Notes under the pieces: generated by a model
Database searches by the model: none
Told to the model about the DNA's origin: nothing
The model's input: the letters and a program-made list of their open reading frames with translations, nothing else
Position numbers and translations under genes: made by a program
Part shown: positions 8,475-16,990 of the stretch, piece after piece
Position numbering within the stretch: the stretch's first letter is position 1
How the letters are laid out: every line of letters begins with the position of its first letter
Origin: a virus
Taxonomy: Duplodnaviria > Caudoviricetes
Direction: 5' to 3' (one strand)
IMG/VR virus record: IMGVR_UViG_3300031460_000008
Coordinates: 1-27,460 of that record
DNA: 27,460 bases

Positions 8475-8639
8475 CTGTCATATCTGTCATATCTGTCATT
8501 CTTCAACAAAAACAACGGCTTGTCGGATGACAGACGAATGACGGATCTCGATTTCATCCGTCATTTTAGAACTGGGTCTCACCGCTTATGACAGTTGCAA
8601 CTGTCATATCGACAGCACTGTCATATGAACTGTCATATG
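8475..8639. repeat. Iteron cluster; putative phage replication origin
   Basis: CTGTCATAT at 8475, 8484, 8601, 8618 and 8630; CTGTCAT at 8493; inverted ATGACAG at 8527 and 8588. Perfect 22-bp palindrome TATGACAGTTGCAACTGTCATA at 8587-8608. 10-bp inverted repeat at 8537-8546/8556-8565. Confidence 0.8.
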
Positions 8640-11307
8640 CGTTCGGGGGCGGATCTGGAGGTTTCTCAACGCGCTTCTCGAATTCGGCGCGCATCCGATT
8701 GACGACGTCTTTTCCATCCCATTTAGGGGGGATCGACCGGTTGACGGCCTCTACCCCAGACGAGATTCTGGAGGCTTTTCCTTGAGCGAGCGTAGAGCTT
8801 TTGACGCCCTGCCAGAAGTCCTGTCCTACCCCATTAAGGTGGATTCCAAGATAATAGCGCGTATCGGTCTCCCTGTGTGACGCGATACGCGCGTCCCCGA
8901 GCGAGGTGATTGCCTTTCCCACCGATTCGTTCGATGGCGCGCCGCGGTTCTCCCCTTTGTTTTCGTGCCACCACATCGTGAAGGCAGCGCAGAAGTCCGA
9001 GGTCGAGATCATCGCGTCTTGACTGAAGGAAACGCATTCGTTGACGAACCCGGCGACCAGATTGCTGTCCGCACGGATCTCCGCTCTGGTCTCCATGATT
9101 TCCGGCGTGAGAGAGAAGAAGCCCCGCATGATGGCGCGATGCAGACCTTCCAATGCCCAGTTCAACAAGCCGGATTTTTCGTCAGTCAGGATCATCTCAC
9201 TGACCTCACCGAAGCCTCTTGATTTCGCTTCCAGGGCCGCTCCGACGGGAAGGGTGTCCTTGAACTCCTGACGGCACTGAACCACGATCATTCGATTGAC
9301 GATTGCTTTGGTGGCTTCTTTGAACTGAGGTGGGTGGTTCGTCCCCCAGAATACGGGACATTGGAACCGCTTCGTGATGAGCGGACCGTTCTTGATGTTG
9401 ATCGGCACCGGGTCTCCGGTCAGGAGTGATTTAACCATCGAGGAGAACAACCAGCGCGATTGATCAAAGGCTTCGTGGAGCACCCAAGGCGCCCGCCTGA
9501 CGAAGTCCATGAGGCCATGCGTTCCGCTCACGCTGTCCAGTGCCGTTGAGATCGGGTTCTCGCTCAGAAGACCGGAGAAGACCTCCAGCACCGTGGTTTT
9601 CCCACTGTCTCCGCCCCCATAGAGGACCATCGCCTTCGATAATGCCTTTGATCGGTTTTCGATCAAAGCAACCCCGATAAGCTCTTGCAGCGTCTCTATG
9701 GTTTGCATCCGAAGCTCAGGTGTTCGGTCTGCGAACAGGTCTTCAAGAGATCTCTTCCACCACTGACAATCTGCTGAAGGGTCAAAAATGCACTCTATAC
9801 GCCATGTTGCATGATGCTCTGGCATAGGTGCCACAATGATCTTAGTCTTAGGGTCAAGCAAACCCGACCGCGTCGGTATCAGACCGTGCCTGTTCCACTC
9901 GATAAGGCCATGGTTTATGTCAGGATTCCGTAGTATCCACTGCCTGGCTTCGCTTACGATCCTGTTTGTGGAGTCTATGTTGAGCGTTCTGCAACCAATC
10001 TCTATCTCGACTTCAAGCCACTGCTTTCCAACATAGGTCGGCGCTGACCATAAGCCTCCGGTATAGTGCCAGACTTCACCCAATGTTACCAGGATGTCGT
10101 CCCCCCGGGCGCGAATCGCCTCAATGACACCTTGTCCGAGAATGACATGTTTCTGAACGTCAGCCTTCGCCTTCTTCGATCCCTTCTCGGCCTTGCGATG
10201 ATCGGACAGGGCGACGACGGAGCCGCTCCCGCCACTCTGCGCCACGGCCACGGTCTCCGCACGTTCTTCTACTTCATGCTGTTGTCTCGGCTGTATCGTC
10301 AATTCAGGATGCTTGCGGAGCCAGCTTTCACATTGTCCATGGATCGTGCGGCGCTCGCGAGCCCAATTCCATCGTGATCCGTAGTCTCCGGCAGCGATGC
10401 GGGTCGCCTCGATCACGATATCGACGATCTCTTCGATCGGCTTGCCTTGACCGAGCAGGGCCGCCGTGACCACGACCTGCGTCTCATGGATCGATGTCTC
10501 GTCGACGCCCTGATAGGTCATGGCGGCGAGCCGCTGTTCGACCTCGATCGACGGCTTGAATCCGAGCTTCGCGGCCACGGCCAGGAAGGGGTTGTCGTGC
10601 CGTGTCGGCGCTTTGCGGCTCAGTGCATCCCGCCGCGCGATCCGGGGCGAGAGCATGTCGAGCATGTCTTCGACATCGTCGACCTCATAACGCCGTTCAT
10701 AGCCACCGTTCGCGACTTCGACAGCCGTCCATTCGCCGCGTTTGGTGTTGTGGCTGCCCGGCAGCCTCATGAGCCGGCAGACGTCGGAGACCGGATCACC
10801 GCCGACGACGTCGGCCAAGAGGGCGTTGATACGTTCCGCCCGCTCGATGCTGAGATCGTCGGCTTGGATCGACTCTTTCAGCAGCCAGTAGCAATGCAGG
10901 CCGTGTCCCGACCGTACCACCACGGACGGCGGGCAAGGCAACTCGCGTAGCACCTTGAACACGTCTTCGAGCGGGATCGCGATCGACTTCTCATCGATGT
11001 CGGCGTGGAATAGCGCGATCTCCGCCACGCTGCGTTTGTGGCGCACAGAGCCCTTGGGCCTCTCCGGCTGGGCATTCTCGACCAGTGTCGCGACACAGAA
11101 GAAGAGCCCGCGGCCTGGTCTGTCCCACCGCGCCACGAAGGACGCGACGTCGGCCGGGTCGCGGGACATGATACGGCGTTCGCCTACCTGATCGGAGGCG
11201 TCGCGCTCGTTAGGAAGCGAGCACAGGAAGATCGGTTGCTCCGTCGAGGGTCCGAAGACCCCCGACAGGAATTCGATCGCTTGCTTGAATTGCTCGCCTT
11301 GCGTCAA
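8566..11307 (-). CDS. Primase-helicase: RepB'/AEP-type primase + D5_N + SF3 helicase (P4 alpha / D5-like)
   Basis: AEP motifs HADID, SGHGLHCYW and RLMRLPGSHNTK; D5_N-like IPTRSGLLD; Walker A GGGDSGKTT; WGTNHPPQF; AIVNRMIVV. Confidence 0.9.
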   Translation of the reverse strand: MTQGEQFKQAIEFLSGVFGPSTEQPIFLCSLPNERDASDQVGERRIMSRDPADVASFVARWDRPGRGLFFCVATLVENAQPERPKGSVRHKRSVAEIALFHADIDEKSIAIPLEDVFKVLRELPCPPSVVVRSGHGLHCYWLLKESIQADDLSIERAERINALLADVVGGDPVSDVCRLMRLPGSHNTKRGEWTAVEVANGGYERRYEVDDVEDMLDMLSPRIARRDALSRKAPTRHDNPFLAVAAKLGFKPSIEVEQRLAAMTYQGVDETSIHETQVVVTAALLGQGKPIEEIVDIVIEATRIAAGDYGSRWNWARERRTIHGQCESWLRKHPELTIQPRQQHEVEERAETVAVAQSGGSGSVVALSDHRKAEKGSKKAKADVQKHVILGQGVIEAIRARGDDILVTLGEVWHYTGGLWSAPTYVGKQWLEVEIEIGCRTLNIDSTNRIVSEARQWILRNPDINHGLIEWNRHGLIPTRSGLLDPKTKIIVAPMPEHHATWRIECIFDPSADCQWWKRSLEDLFADRTPELRMQTIETLQELIGVALIENRSKALSKAMVLYGGGDSGKTTVLEVFSGLLSENPISTALDSVSGTHGLMDFVRRAPWVLHEAFDQSRWLFSSMVKSLLTGDPVPINIKNGPLITKRFQCPVFWGTNHPPQFKEATKAIVNRMIVVQCRQEFKDTLPVGAALEAKSRGFGEVSEMILTDEKSGLLNWALEGLHRAIMRGFFSLTPEIMETRAEIRADSNLVAGFVNECVSFSQDAMISTSDFCAAFTMWWHENKGENRGAPSNESVGKAITSLGDARIASHRETDTRYYLGIHLNGVGQDFWQGVKSSTLAQGKASRISSGVEAVNRSIPPKWDGKDVVNRMRAEFEKRVEKPPDPPPNAYDSSYDSAVDMTVATVISGETQF

Positions 11308-11310
11308 GGT

Positions 11311-12063
11311 TTAGAACCGTGTCTCGGATGTGCCGTTGGCTTTGACACCCTTTCCGTTTTTCGTCGGTGTGGCTGGTGCTTCATCCTGCTCCTTTTCCGC
11401 CTTGCGATCGGCTTCTGCGTCTGCTGCCTCACCCATGATCGCCGCCATAGTGGTCGACTTGCTCACCCAACCGATGATCTGCAGCACCGGCACCTTGATG
11501 CGGCCGTAGCTCTTGACCTTGTGCATGTAGCTGTCGACCGCGAGCTCGACGATCGGGAACTCGTCGGGCTTCTGCCGGCTGTGCTTGCCATACTCGCCGC
11601 AGAGCGCGGCGACGACGTTGCGGCCGCCCGCCGAGGAGGGGGCGTAGGTGTAGAGATCCTGCCCTTCCGCCGCCTTCAGGATGAGGTAGGACGTCATTTG
11701 CCAGGGATCGCGTGGCTTGCCTTGATCGTCGGTGTCCCACGTGCCTTGCTCGACGTCGCCGAGGTCGCGGCGCGCCGGCATGACGAACCCGTCCTTGACC
11801 TTGCCCATGCGCATGTCGACGACCTTGCTATCCTCCCATTTCAGATAGCCGACCATCACTTCCTCGACGGCGGCGACAAGCTTGGTTCCGAGTTTCAGTT
11901 CATCGTTGTCCTGTCCGACGAGCCAATCTCCTTTGTTGAATTTCAACAAAGCTCCGACGATTCGGTTGGAATTAACCGATTCCGAATAGGCCTCGAAAGC
12001 ATTCTTGGCCGGTGGCATGGCGAGAGCGGTGCTGCTGGCGTTGTTGGTCATTAGGTCTTGCAT
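11311..12063 (-). CDS. Putative ssDNA-binding / annealing protein
   Basis: ATG at 12063 with AGGA upstream; beta-rich core (LLKFNKGDW, PRDPWQ, GRIKVPVLQIIGW) and a charged tail ending in F; lies between the Cas4-like exonuclease and the primase. Function is inferred. Confidence 0.55.
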   Translation of the reverse strand: MQDLMTNNASSTALAMPPAKNAFEAYSESVNSNRIVGALLKFNKGDWLVGQDNDELKLGTKLVAAVEEVMVGYLKWEDSKVVDMRMGKVKDGFVMPARRDLGDVEQGTWDTDDQGKPRDPWQMTSYLILKAAEGQDLYTYAPSSAGGRNVVAALCGEYGKHSRQKPDEFPIVELAVDSYMHKVKSYGRIKVPVLQIIGWVSKSTTMAAIMGEAADAEADRKAEKEQDEAPATPTKNGKGVKANGTSETRF

Positions 12064-12113
12064 CTGTTTTGTCCTATGGTGCGGGGTGGTTAGTTTGTGC
12101 TTGCTGTTAGGCT

Positions 12114-13157
12114 TTAGCCCAAGGTCAATCGATCGCTGGGATCGCCGACCGTCCGGTAGGGTTCGAGATCGATCCCAGCCGCGGCTGCGGCTTTTCGGAT
12201 CGCATCGTTGTTCCAACCGGACCTGCCTTTCACGGCAGTCCATTGCGCGACGCCCGGAAGCCCCTTTGATCCGGCCCCCTCTAAAGCGTCGCGAATTCTC
12301 TCCTTGTGCTGGGCGATCTCCGCTTCCAGCATCTCGACGTCGGCCGCTTTGTCTTTGGCCAGCGCGGCTTGCTGTGTCACCAGCGACGCCACGTCTGCCG
12401 GCATGTCGACGACGTCTTTCGGAACCCGAGCGGCGCGAATCGTCCCGCACTGCCGCGTGAAGGGGCACCACCGGCAGTCCGCACCGCCTGCCATGATGCC
12501 TTCAGGTCGCAGATCCTTGCCGTGAGCCGCCGTCATGATCTGCCGTGCCCGATCCTTCGCGGTCTCGTAGACACCAGGGTCGAACCGCACCGCGAATTCC
12601 GTGACGCGGTCTAGGAACGATGCGTCAATGTAGGAGATCACCGCATAGCCGGGCCGAAAGTTCGTGGTTTCCCGGATCAACCCCATCTGAACCTGGACTT
12701 GAAAGACGTTCTCAGGCTTTGGCCCAGTGAGCCGTGTCCGTGGATCGATGCTCTTGCAGTCGAGGTCGATCGCGTCACCTTCGATATCGGCAATGCCGAG
12801 GTGCGCCAGGGCGTTGCGCGGTTGCTCGATCAGCAACCCGTCTGGCGTTGCCGACAGGAAACCGGACGTGAAGGTGCGCTGCTCATCTCCGGTGAATAAT
12901 GCTGCCGCACCGAATCTCGCGCGGACCGCCGGAACGAACAGATGATCTTCGATGAGGTTGCCGCGCCGTGCCGCTCCCCAACTATCTTCGAAATCATCGT
13001 CCTGCTCGACGCGGGAAACGGGATCGTCCACGGTTTTCGAGAACGCGACACGGCGAGCGCAACCGCCTATTTCGCTAGCGCCCACGGTCTGGCTGCGGTC
13101 GGTCTGCCACTGTCGGCGTGAGGACGCCGCATAGGCGTCGAGGGTTGCTTTGATCAT
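12114..13157 (-). CDS. Cas4-like PD-(D/E)xK exonuclease with a predicted Fe-S cluster
   Basis: GASEIGGCARR (first Cys), SATPDGLL, DLDCKS, QVQVQM, and CRWCPFTRQC (three C-terminal Cys). Confidence 0.85.
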   Translation of the reverse strand: MIKATLDAYAASSRRQWQTDRSQTVGASEIGGCARRVAFSKTVDDPVSRVEQDDDFEDSWGAARRGNLIEDHLFVPAVRARFGAAALFTGDEQRTFTSGFLSATPDGLLIEQPRNALAHLGIADIEGDAIDLDCKSIDPRTRLTGPKPENVFQVQVQMGLIRETTNFRPGYAVISYIDASFLDRVTEFAVRFDPGVYETAKDRARQIMTAAHGKDLRPEGIMAGGADCRWCPFTRQCGTIRAARVPKDVVDMPADVASLVTQQAALAKDKAADVEMLEAEIAQHKERIRDALEGAGSKGLPGVAQWTAVKGRSGWNNDAIRKAAAAAGIDLEPYRTVGDPSDRLTLG

Positions 13158-13627
13158 CGGACGCCTACCAAATCTCTGATGACATGGAAGGCCTTGGGGG
13201 GCTCATCCCACAGCGCGTCGTTGAAGCGTTCGAAGCCTTCCTTGACTCTCAGGTCCCCGATGCCTTTGGCGACGATCTCCAAGACCGCGTATCTGACATC
13301 CGTGGGCGCGGTGCGTATCCAAGTCGCGCGTTCGATGAAAGTGATAAGGGCGGGAGCGCTCGACAGCGTCATGGTCCGCATGAAGGTCATCAGTCCTTTG
13401 ATTTCCTTGCCATGAGGTCCGGCCATCAAATCGATCCGCTGCTGTTTTTTCCCGGCCCGCCACATCCGTTCCAGCACTTCGTCTTCGTCGAGTTGCTTTT
13501 CCGCCTTGGTCCTGGCACGGGTTTGTGTGGCCTTGGCCACGGAGTTCTCCCGACTGCGCTGCCATTGCGGTTTGACCGCTTCGGCGAAGGCGTCGAAATG
13601 ATCAAGGGCGTTCACGGCGTCGTTCAT
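13154..13627 (-). CDS. Hypothetical phage protein
   Basis: Start MNDAVNAL at 13627 gives ATGA overlaps at both ends. Confidence 0.65.
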   Translation of the reverse strand: MNDAVNALDHFDAFAEAVKPQWQRSRENSVAKATQTRARTKAEKQLDEDEVLERMWRAGKKQQRIDLMAGPHGKEIKGLMTFMRTMTLSSAPALITFIERATWIRTAPTDVRYAVLEIVAKGIGDLRVKEGFERFNDALWDEPPKAFHVIRDLVGVR

Positions 13628-14016
13628 TGGTTCACCGCCACCAAAGAACATGAGATCTTGGCCACGCCCCAGGCCTTGCACTGAGCGATGGCTTCGGCTT
13701 TCGAGAAGACCACAGCGCAAGGCGTGCCTAATTCTTGAGCCTCTCGTGCGAACTTCTTCTGTTCGATGTCGACGTGGCCATCAGGCGCTTTGACCTCGAT
13801 GTAATACGTCATGCCGCGGGTCGGGCCATGTTGTGCGATGAACATGAGATCCGGCACGCCGGCCTTGACGCCTAATGTCTTGAGCTTTCTGGCTTCTAGT
13901 TTGTGTCGCGAGCCGCCGTTGGCGCAGTGCCAGACGAGCGGTGACACGTTCTCGCGAATCCAGACAAGAACTGAAACCTGAACAGAGTTCTCGGTCTTGC
14001 GAGGCGCTGTGCTCAT
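13624..14016 (-). CDS. VRR-NUC domain nuclease (putative Holliday junction resolvase)
   Basis: WHCANGG, GVKAGVPDL, YIEVKAPDG and EQKKF motifs. Confidence 0.9.
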   Translation of the reverse strand: MSTAPRKTENSVQVSVLVWIRENVSPLVWHCANGGSRHKLEARKLKTLGVKAGVPDLMFIAQHGPTRGMTYYIEVKAPDGHVDIEQKKFAREAQELGTPCAVVFSKAEAIAQCKAWGVAKISCSLVAVNQ

Positions 14017-14318
14017 GTCCGCACCCCATCGAGGAACCGCACCCGTGCCAGCGACACCACCGCGTCGCCGACCCGGCGCTCGACCACTGCGATGCCGAAG
14101 CTCTCCGCAAGCCTATCCGGGCGCTGAAGAATGCTGGGGACCGGGTGATCGTCCTCTCCGTTCAAGGGCCTCGGGTGGATGAGCCCGCGGTGCCTTTCCC
14201 AGATCTTCCAGACCTGAGGCTTCGTGAGTCCATGGCGGGCCGCGAGTGTCGCCGCCGATACGGACCAGCGAGCTGCGCATACGGCCGCAACGAGGGCCGG
14301 CGGGAACATGGCGCTCAT
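14013..14318 (-). CDS. Small HTH-like protein
   Basis: MSAMFPP start with ATGA overlap; SAATLAARHGLTKPQVWKIWER resembles an HTH. Confidence 0.55.
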   Translation of the reverse strand: MSAMFPPALVAAVCAARWSVSAATLAARHGLTKPQVWKIWERHRGLIHPRPLNGEDDHPVPSILQRPDRLAESFGIAVVERRVGDAVVSLARVRFLDGVRT

Positions 14319-14785
14319 GTCCGCGCCTCCTCCGATGCTTTGCGCCGGACATGCTGGCGGATGCCATGGAGCACGGTAGTGTGGTCCTTGCTGCCGAGGC
14401 GTTGACCGATTTTGGGCAAGCTGAGACGACACTCGGTATGAATTCGCCACATGGCTTCCTGGCGGGCACGAACGACCGGGGCTTTTCGCGACGTACCTTT
14501 GAGATCGTCGACCGTAAATTTGTGTTTTTCGGCCACGTCGCGGAGGATCAGGGTTGCGAAATGCGGGCCGACGGCTTTGGCTGTCGCCGCCAGAGTTTCG
14601 TCCAGTCGTTTTCTCCTGACCGTTGCTTCGGTTTCAAGACGTTTCGCTTGGCGATCCGTCTCCCGCTGCGCCGCGATCTTTTCTCGAATCCTGGCGTTGC
14701 CAGCTTCCGTGATCCGGGCTCGATACGGTGTCATGCCGATGGTGGATACGATGCGGTATGAATCGGGAGTGGGAGAGGGCAACAT
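14315..14785 (-). CDS. DnaA C-terminal (domain IV) HTH protein
   Basis: DDLKGTSRKAPVVRARQEAMW...SLPKIGQRLGSKDHTTVLHGIR matches the DnaA domain IV signature. Confidence 0.9.
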   Translation of the reverse strand: MLPSPTPDSYRIVSTIGMTPYRARITEAGNARIREKIAAQRETDRQAKRLETEATVRRKRLDETLAATAKAVGPHFATLILRDVAEKHKFTVDDLKGTSRKAPVVRARQEAMWRIHTECRLSLPKIGQRLGSKDHTTVLHGIRQHVRRKASEEART

Positions 14786-14788
14786 TTT

Positions 14789-15232
14789 CTAGGCCACCGC
14801 AGCCAGCTTGGTGTTGCCCCTGCCGAGCCCGATGGACTTCGCTAGCTCGGTGCGCTTGGCGGAGTAGTTCGCCGCCACCATCGGATATTCTGTCGGAAGG
14901 CCCCACTTGGTCCGATAGTCCGCAGGCGTCATGCCGAGTGTGCCGAGATGCCGCTTCAGCGACTTGAACCGCAGTCCATCGTCGAGGCAGATGAGGTAGT
15001 CCGGCGTGACCGAAGCCTTGATCGATACCGCCGGCTTTAGCGGTTCGGCCAGCGTCTTCGCGGGTTCCGGACGGCCGATGTCCACGATGGCGTGATAGAC
15101 GCTGCGGATGAGCCCCGGAAGAGCCTCGGCCGGCACGCTGTTGTTGCCGATGTAGCCGACCACGACTTCCTTCGTGAAGAACACGGCTTCGTTATGGTGC
15201 AGGGGTTCCATTTGTTTTTCCTCGATGTTCAT
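14789..15232 (-). CDS. mucR: MucR/Ros family nucleoid-associated regulator (phage-borne)
   Basis: YIGNNSVPAEALPGLIRSVY, KPAVSIKASVTPDYLICLDDGLRFKSLKRHL and YRTKWGLPTEYPMVAANYS..R..LAKSIGLGR. Confidence 0.92.
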   Translation of the reverse strand: MNIEEKQMEPLHHNEAVFFTKEVVVGYIGNNSVPAEALPGLIRSVYHAIVDIGRPEPAKTLAEPLKPAVSIKASVTPDYLICLDDGLRFKSLKRHLGTLGMTPADYRTKWGLPTEYPMVAANYSAKRTELAKSIGLGRGNTKLAAVA

Positions 15233-16188
15233 CGGAGATCTGCTTCCCGTCTAATTGGTGTGACTGTCGCCGACTGCGAAGCCGGCTCAGTCACGGACAT
15301 GGTCGGCACGTCGATCGCGAGTGGCATTGGCCATGGCATGGCGCGGATTGCGGGGTCGTCGGAACCGCGGCTCCAAAGGCGCGGCTTCCCGGCGCTCGCG
15401 TGAGGGTGGACCGTCGTGACGATGCGGGACACTACGGCCTCGCGCCGCATGTCGGAATTGAGCTTCGGTCCGATGATGATCTGCCGCTTGAGTCCCTCGC
15501 ACAGCGCCCGGATTAGGGCCGGCGACGCTGTCTCTATCGCTTCAGCCATCGCAGTCAGACTGCGCGGCGGCAATCCATATGGTGCAAGATAGCGAGAGAG
15601 GATGTGCTCACGCTCGCGCTGCCCCGGCAGGTCAATCGTGATGTGGATATCGAAACGTCGCCATATAGCTTGGTCGATTTGGTCGGCAAAGTTTGTCGCC
15701 GCGATCAGAAAACCCTTATACTGCTCAATCCGCTGCAAAAGAGTGTTGATCTCGGCGTTCTTTTCATCGCCTGCCGACGTCTCGCTCTTCCGCCTCTGCG
15801 GCGATAGGGCGTCGAGTTCGTCCAGAAAGAGGACGATGGGGTTGTCTTCGTCGGACGCCAAGTCGAAGAGTGTGCCAAGGTTCCAACCGGTCTCGCCAAT
15901 CCATTTTGAGATGACGCGCTCGGGCCTGACCGCAAGCATGGGCAACCCAAGCCGGGCCGCGAGGTGGTGCGCCAGAGTAGTTTTGCCGACGCCGGGGGGG
16001 CCATCGAAGATGGCACGACGACGCGCTCCGATACCCACGGCCCGCAATTCGTCTTCGCTCCACACCTCGGTTAACCACTCCGTGAGCGCGTCACGGACGG
16101 GCTTTGCGAGGATCGGCTCCAAAGCCTCTGATGGCTCAAAGAGGATGCCGAAGTCGGACGGCGTCTTGCGTTCGGTCGGCGTGCGCAT
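15229..16188 (-). CDS. AAA+ ATPase
   Basis: Walker A GPPGVGKT, Walker B LFLDELD, and SRH AATNFADQIDQAIWRRFD. Start MRTPT is coupled to the upstream stop (TGATG). Confidence 0.88.
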   Translation of the reverse strand: MRTPTERKTPSDFGILFEPSEALEPILAKPVRDALTEWLTEVWSEDELRAVGIGARRRAIFDGPPGVGKTTLAHHLAARLGLPMLAVRPERVISKWIGETGWNLGTLFDLASDEDNPIVLFLDELDALSPQRRKSETSAGDEKNAEINTLLQRIEQYKGFLIAATNFADQIDQAIWRRFDIHITIDLPGQREREHILSRYLAPYGLPPRSLTAMAEAIETASPALIRALCEGLKRQIIIGPKLNSDMRREAVVSRIVTTVHPHASAGKPRLWSRGSDDPAIRAMPWPMPLAIDVPTMSVTEPASQSATVTPIRREADLR

Positions 16189-16850
16189 CACTCGGGACCC
16201 ATGCCGTCGCCGCCGGCCTGCCGACGCCAACCAAGATCCCATGAGGCCCGGCGGTTATCGCCGAACGGGAACGGGTTTCTGATGATCGGCACATCATCCT
16301 TCACGGCCTGCCGTCCAAGCGACTCGGCGCCACTCAGGTCCACGTCCGGCACGGGCGGGCGCTCCTTGATCGCTGGCGGCGGTCCGTCCGGCCTCGACGG
16401 TGCCGCCGGCTTGTTCACCACGTCGGCGGCCTCAACGGTGCCGCTGGCGTTACGCGTCAGCCTGACTGGCACGCCACCCGCTTCCACGATGATCGAACCG
16501 TTCGCGGGCACAAATGCTTTCAGGGCTTGGACAACCTGATCCTTGGCCGTGATATCGACCGCCATCAGGCCGACCGCTCGGAACAGCGGTGGCTCAGGCA
16601 ACATGCCCAGCTCGGACAGGTACATATCGGAGAGTGCTACATCCTCCTGATAGTCGGACGGCTTCATCGCGCGGACCTTGACGCAGTACGCGATGATTTT
16701 TGGTATGAAACCGGTCGACTTCGCTTCCGCCATGATGAGCTTTTCGTCGTCGGTTGCTTGCTTCTTGACCTTTCGGATGCGCTCGACCCGCTCGACATAG
16801 GATCGAAGCTGTTCGCCGCTTACGGTGTTCCTGCCGATTGCATCACTCAT
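16188..16850 (-). CDS. GapR (DUF2312)-like domain fused to a C-terminal RMF-like motif
   Basis: EQLRSYVERVERI...AEAKSTGF..KII...VRAM...MYLSELGM (GapR-like); GRQAVKDDVPIIRNPFPFGDNRRASWDLGWRR (Rmf/CrpP-like). Confidence 0.8.
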   Translation of the reverse strand: MSDAIGRNTVSGEQLRSYVERVERIRKVKKQATDDEKLIMAEAKSTGFIPKIIAYCVKVRAMKPSDYQEDVALSDMYLSELGMLPEPPLFRAVGLMAVDITAKDQVVQALKAFVPANGSIIVEAGGVPVRLTRNASGTVEAADVVNKPAAPSRPDGPPPAIKERPPVPDVDLSGAESLGRQAVKDDVPIIRNPFPFGDNRRASWDLGWRRQAGGDGMGPE

Positions 16851-16990
16851 TGTCTCTTCCTTTGGTCGCCAACGGTTTCAGCAAATCCCGGTGAACCCAC
16901 TTGCGGATCTCAGTTCCGTCCCGGCGGATGCCGATGTGGTCGCCGTCCCGTGCGATCACGGTCCAGCGTGGAGGACGGTGTGGCCGGCGC

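Noticed and set aside
8475-8639. CTGTCATAT repeats as a mini-CRISPR array or transposon ends
   Set aside because: Units are 7-11 bp, in both orientations and irregularly spaced; no transposase is nearby.
12064-12471. N-terminal extension of the 386-aa ORF 11311..12471
   Set aside because: It is Arg-rich shadow sequence overlapping the Cas4-like gene; the RBS-supported start is 12063.
12114-13157. Cas4-like gene as evidence of a CRISPR-Cas locus
   Set aside because: There is no repeat-spacer array and no cas1/cas2; the context is phage replication and recombination.
15229-16188. AAA+ ATPase as part of an IetAS-type ATPase/S8 protease system
   Set aside because: No S8 peptidase gene is present in the window.
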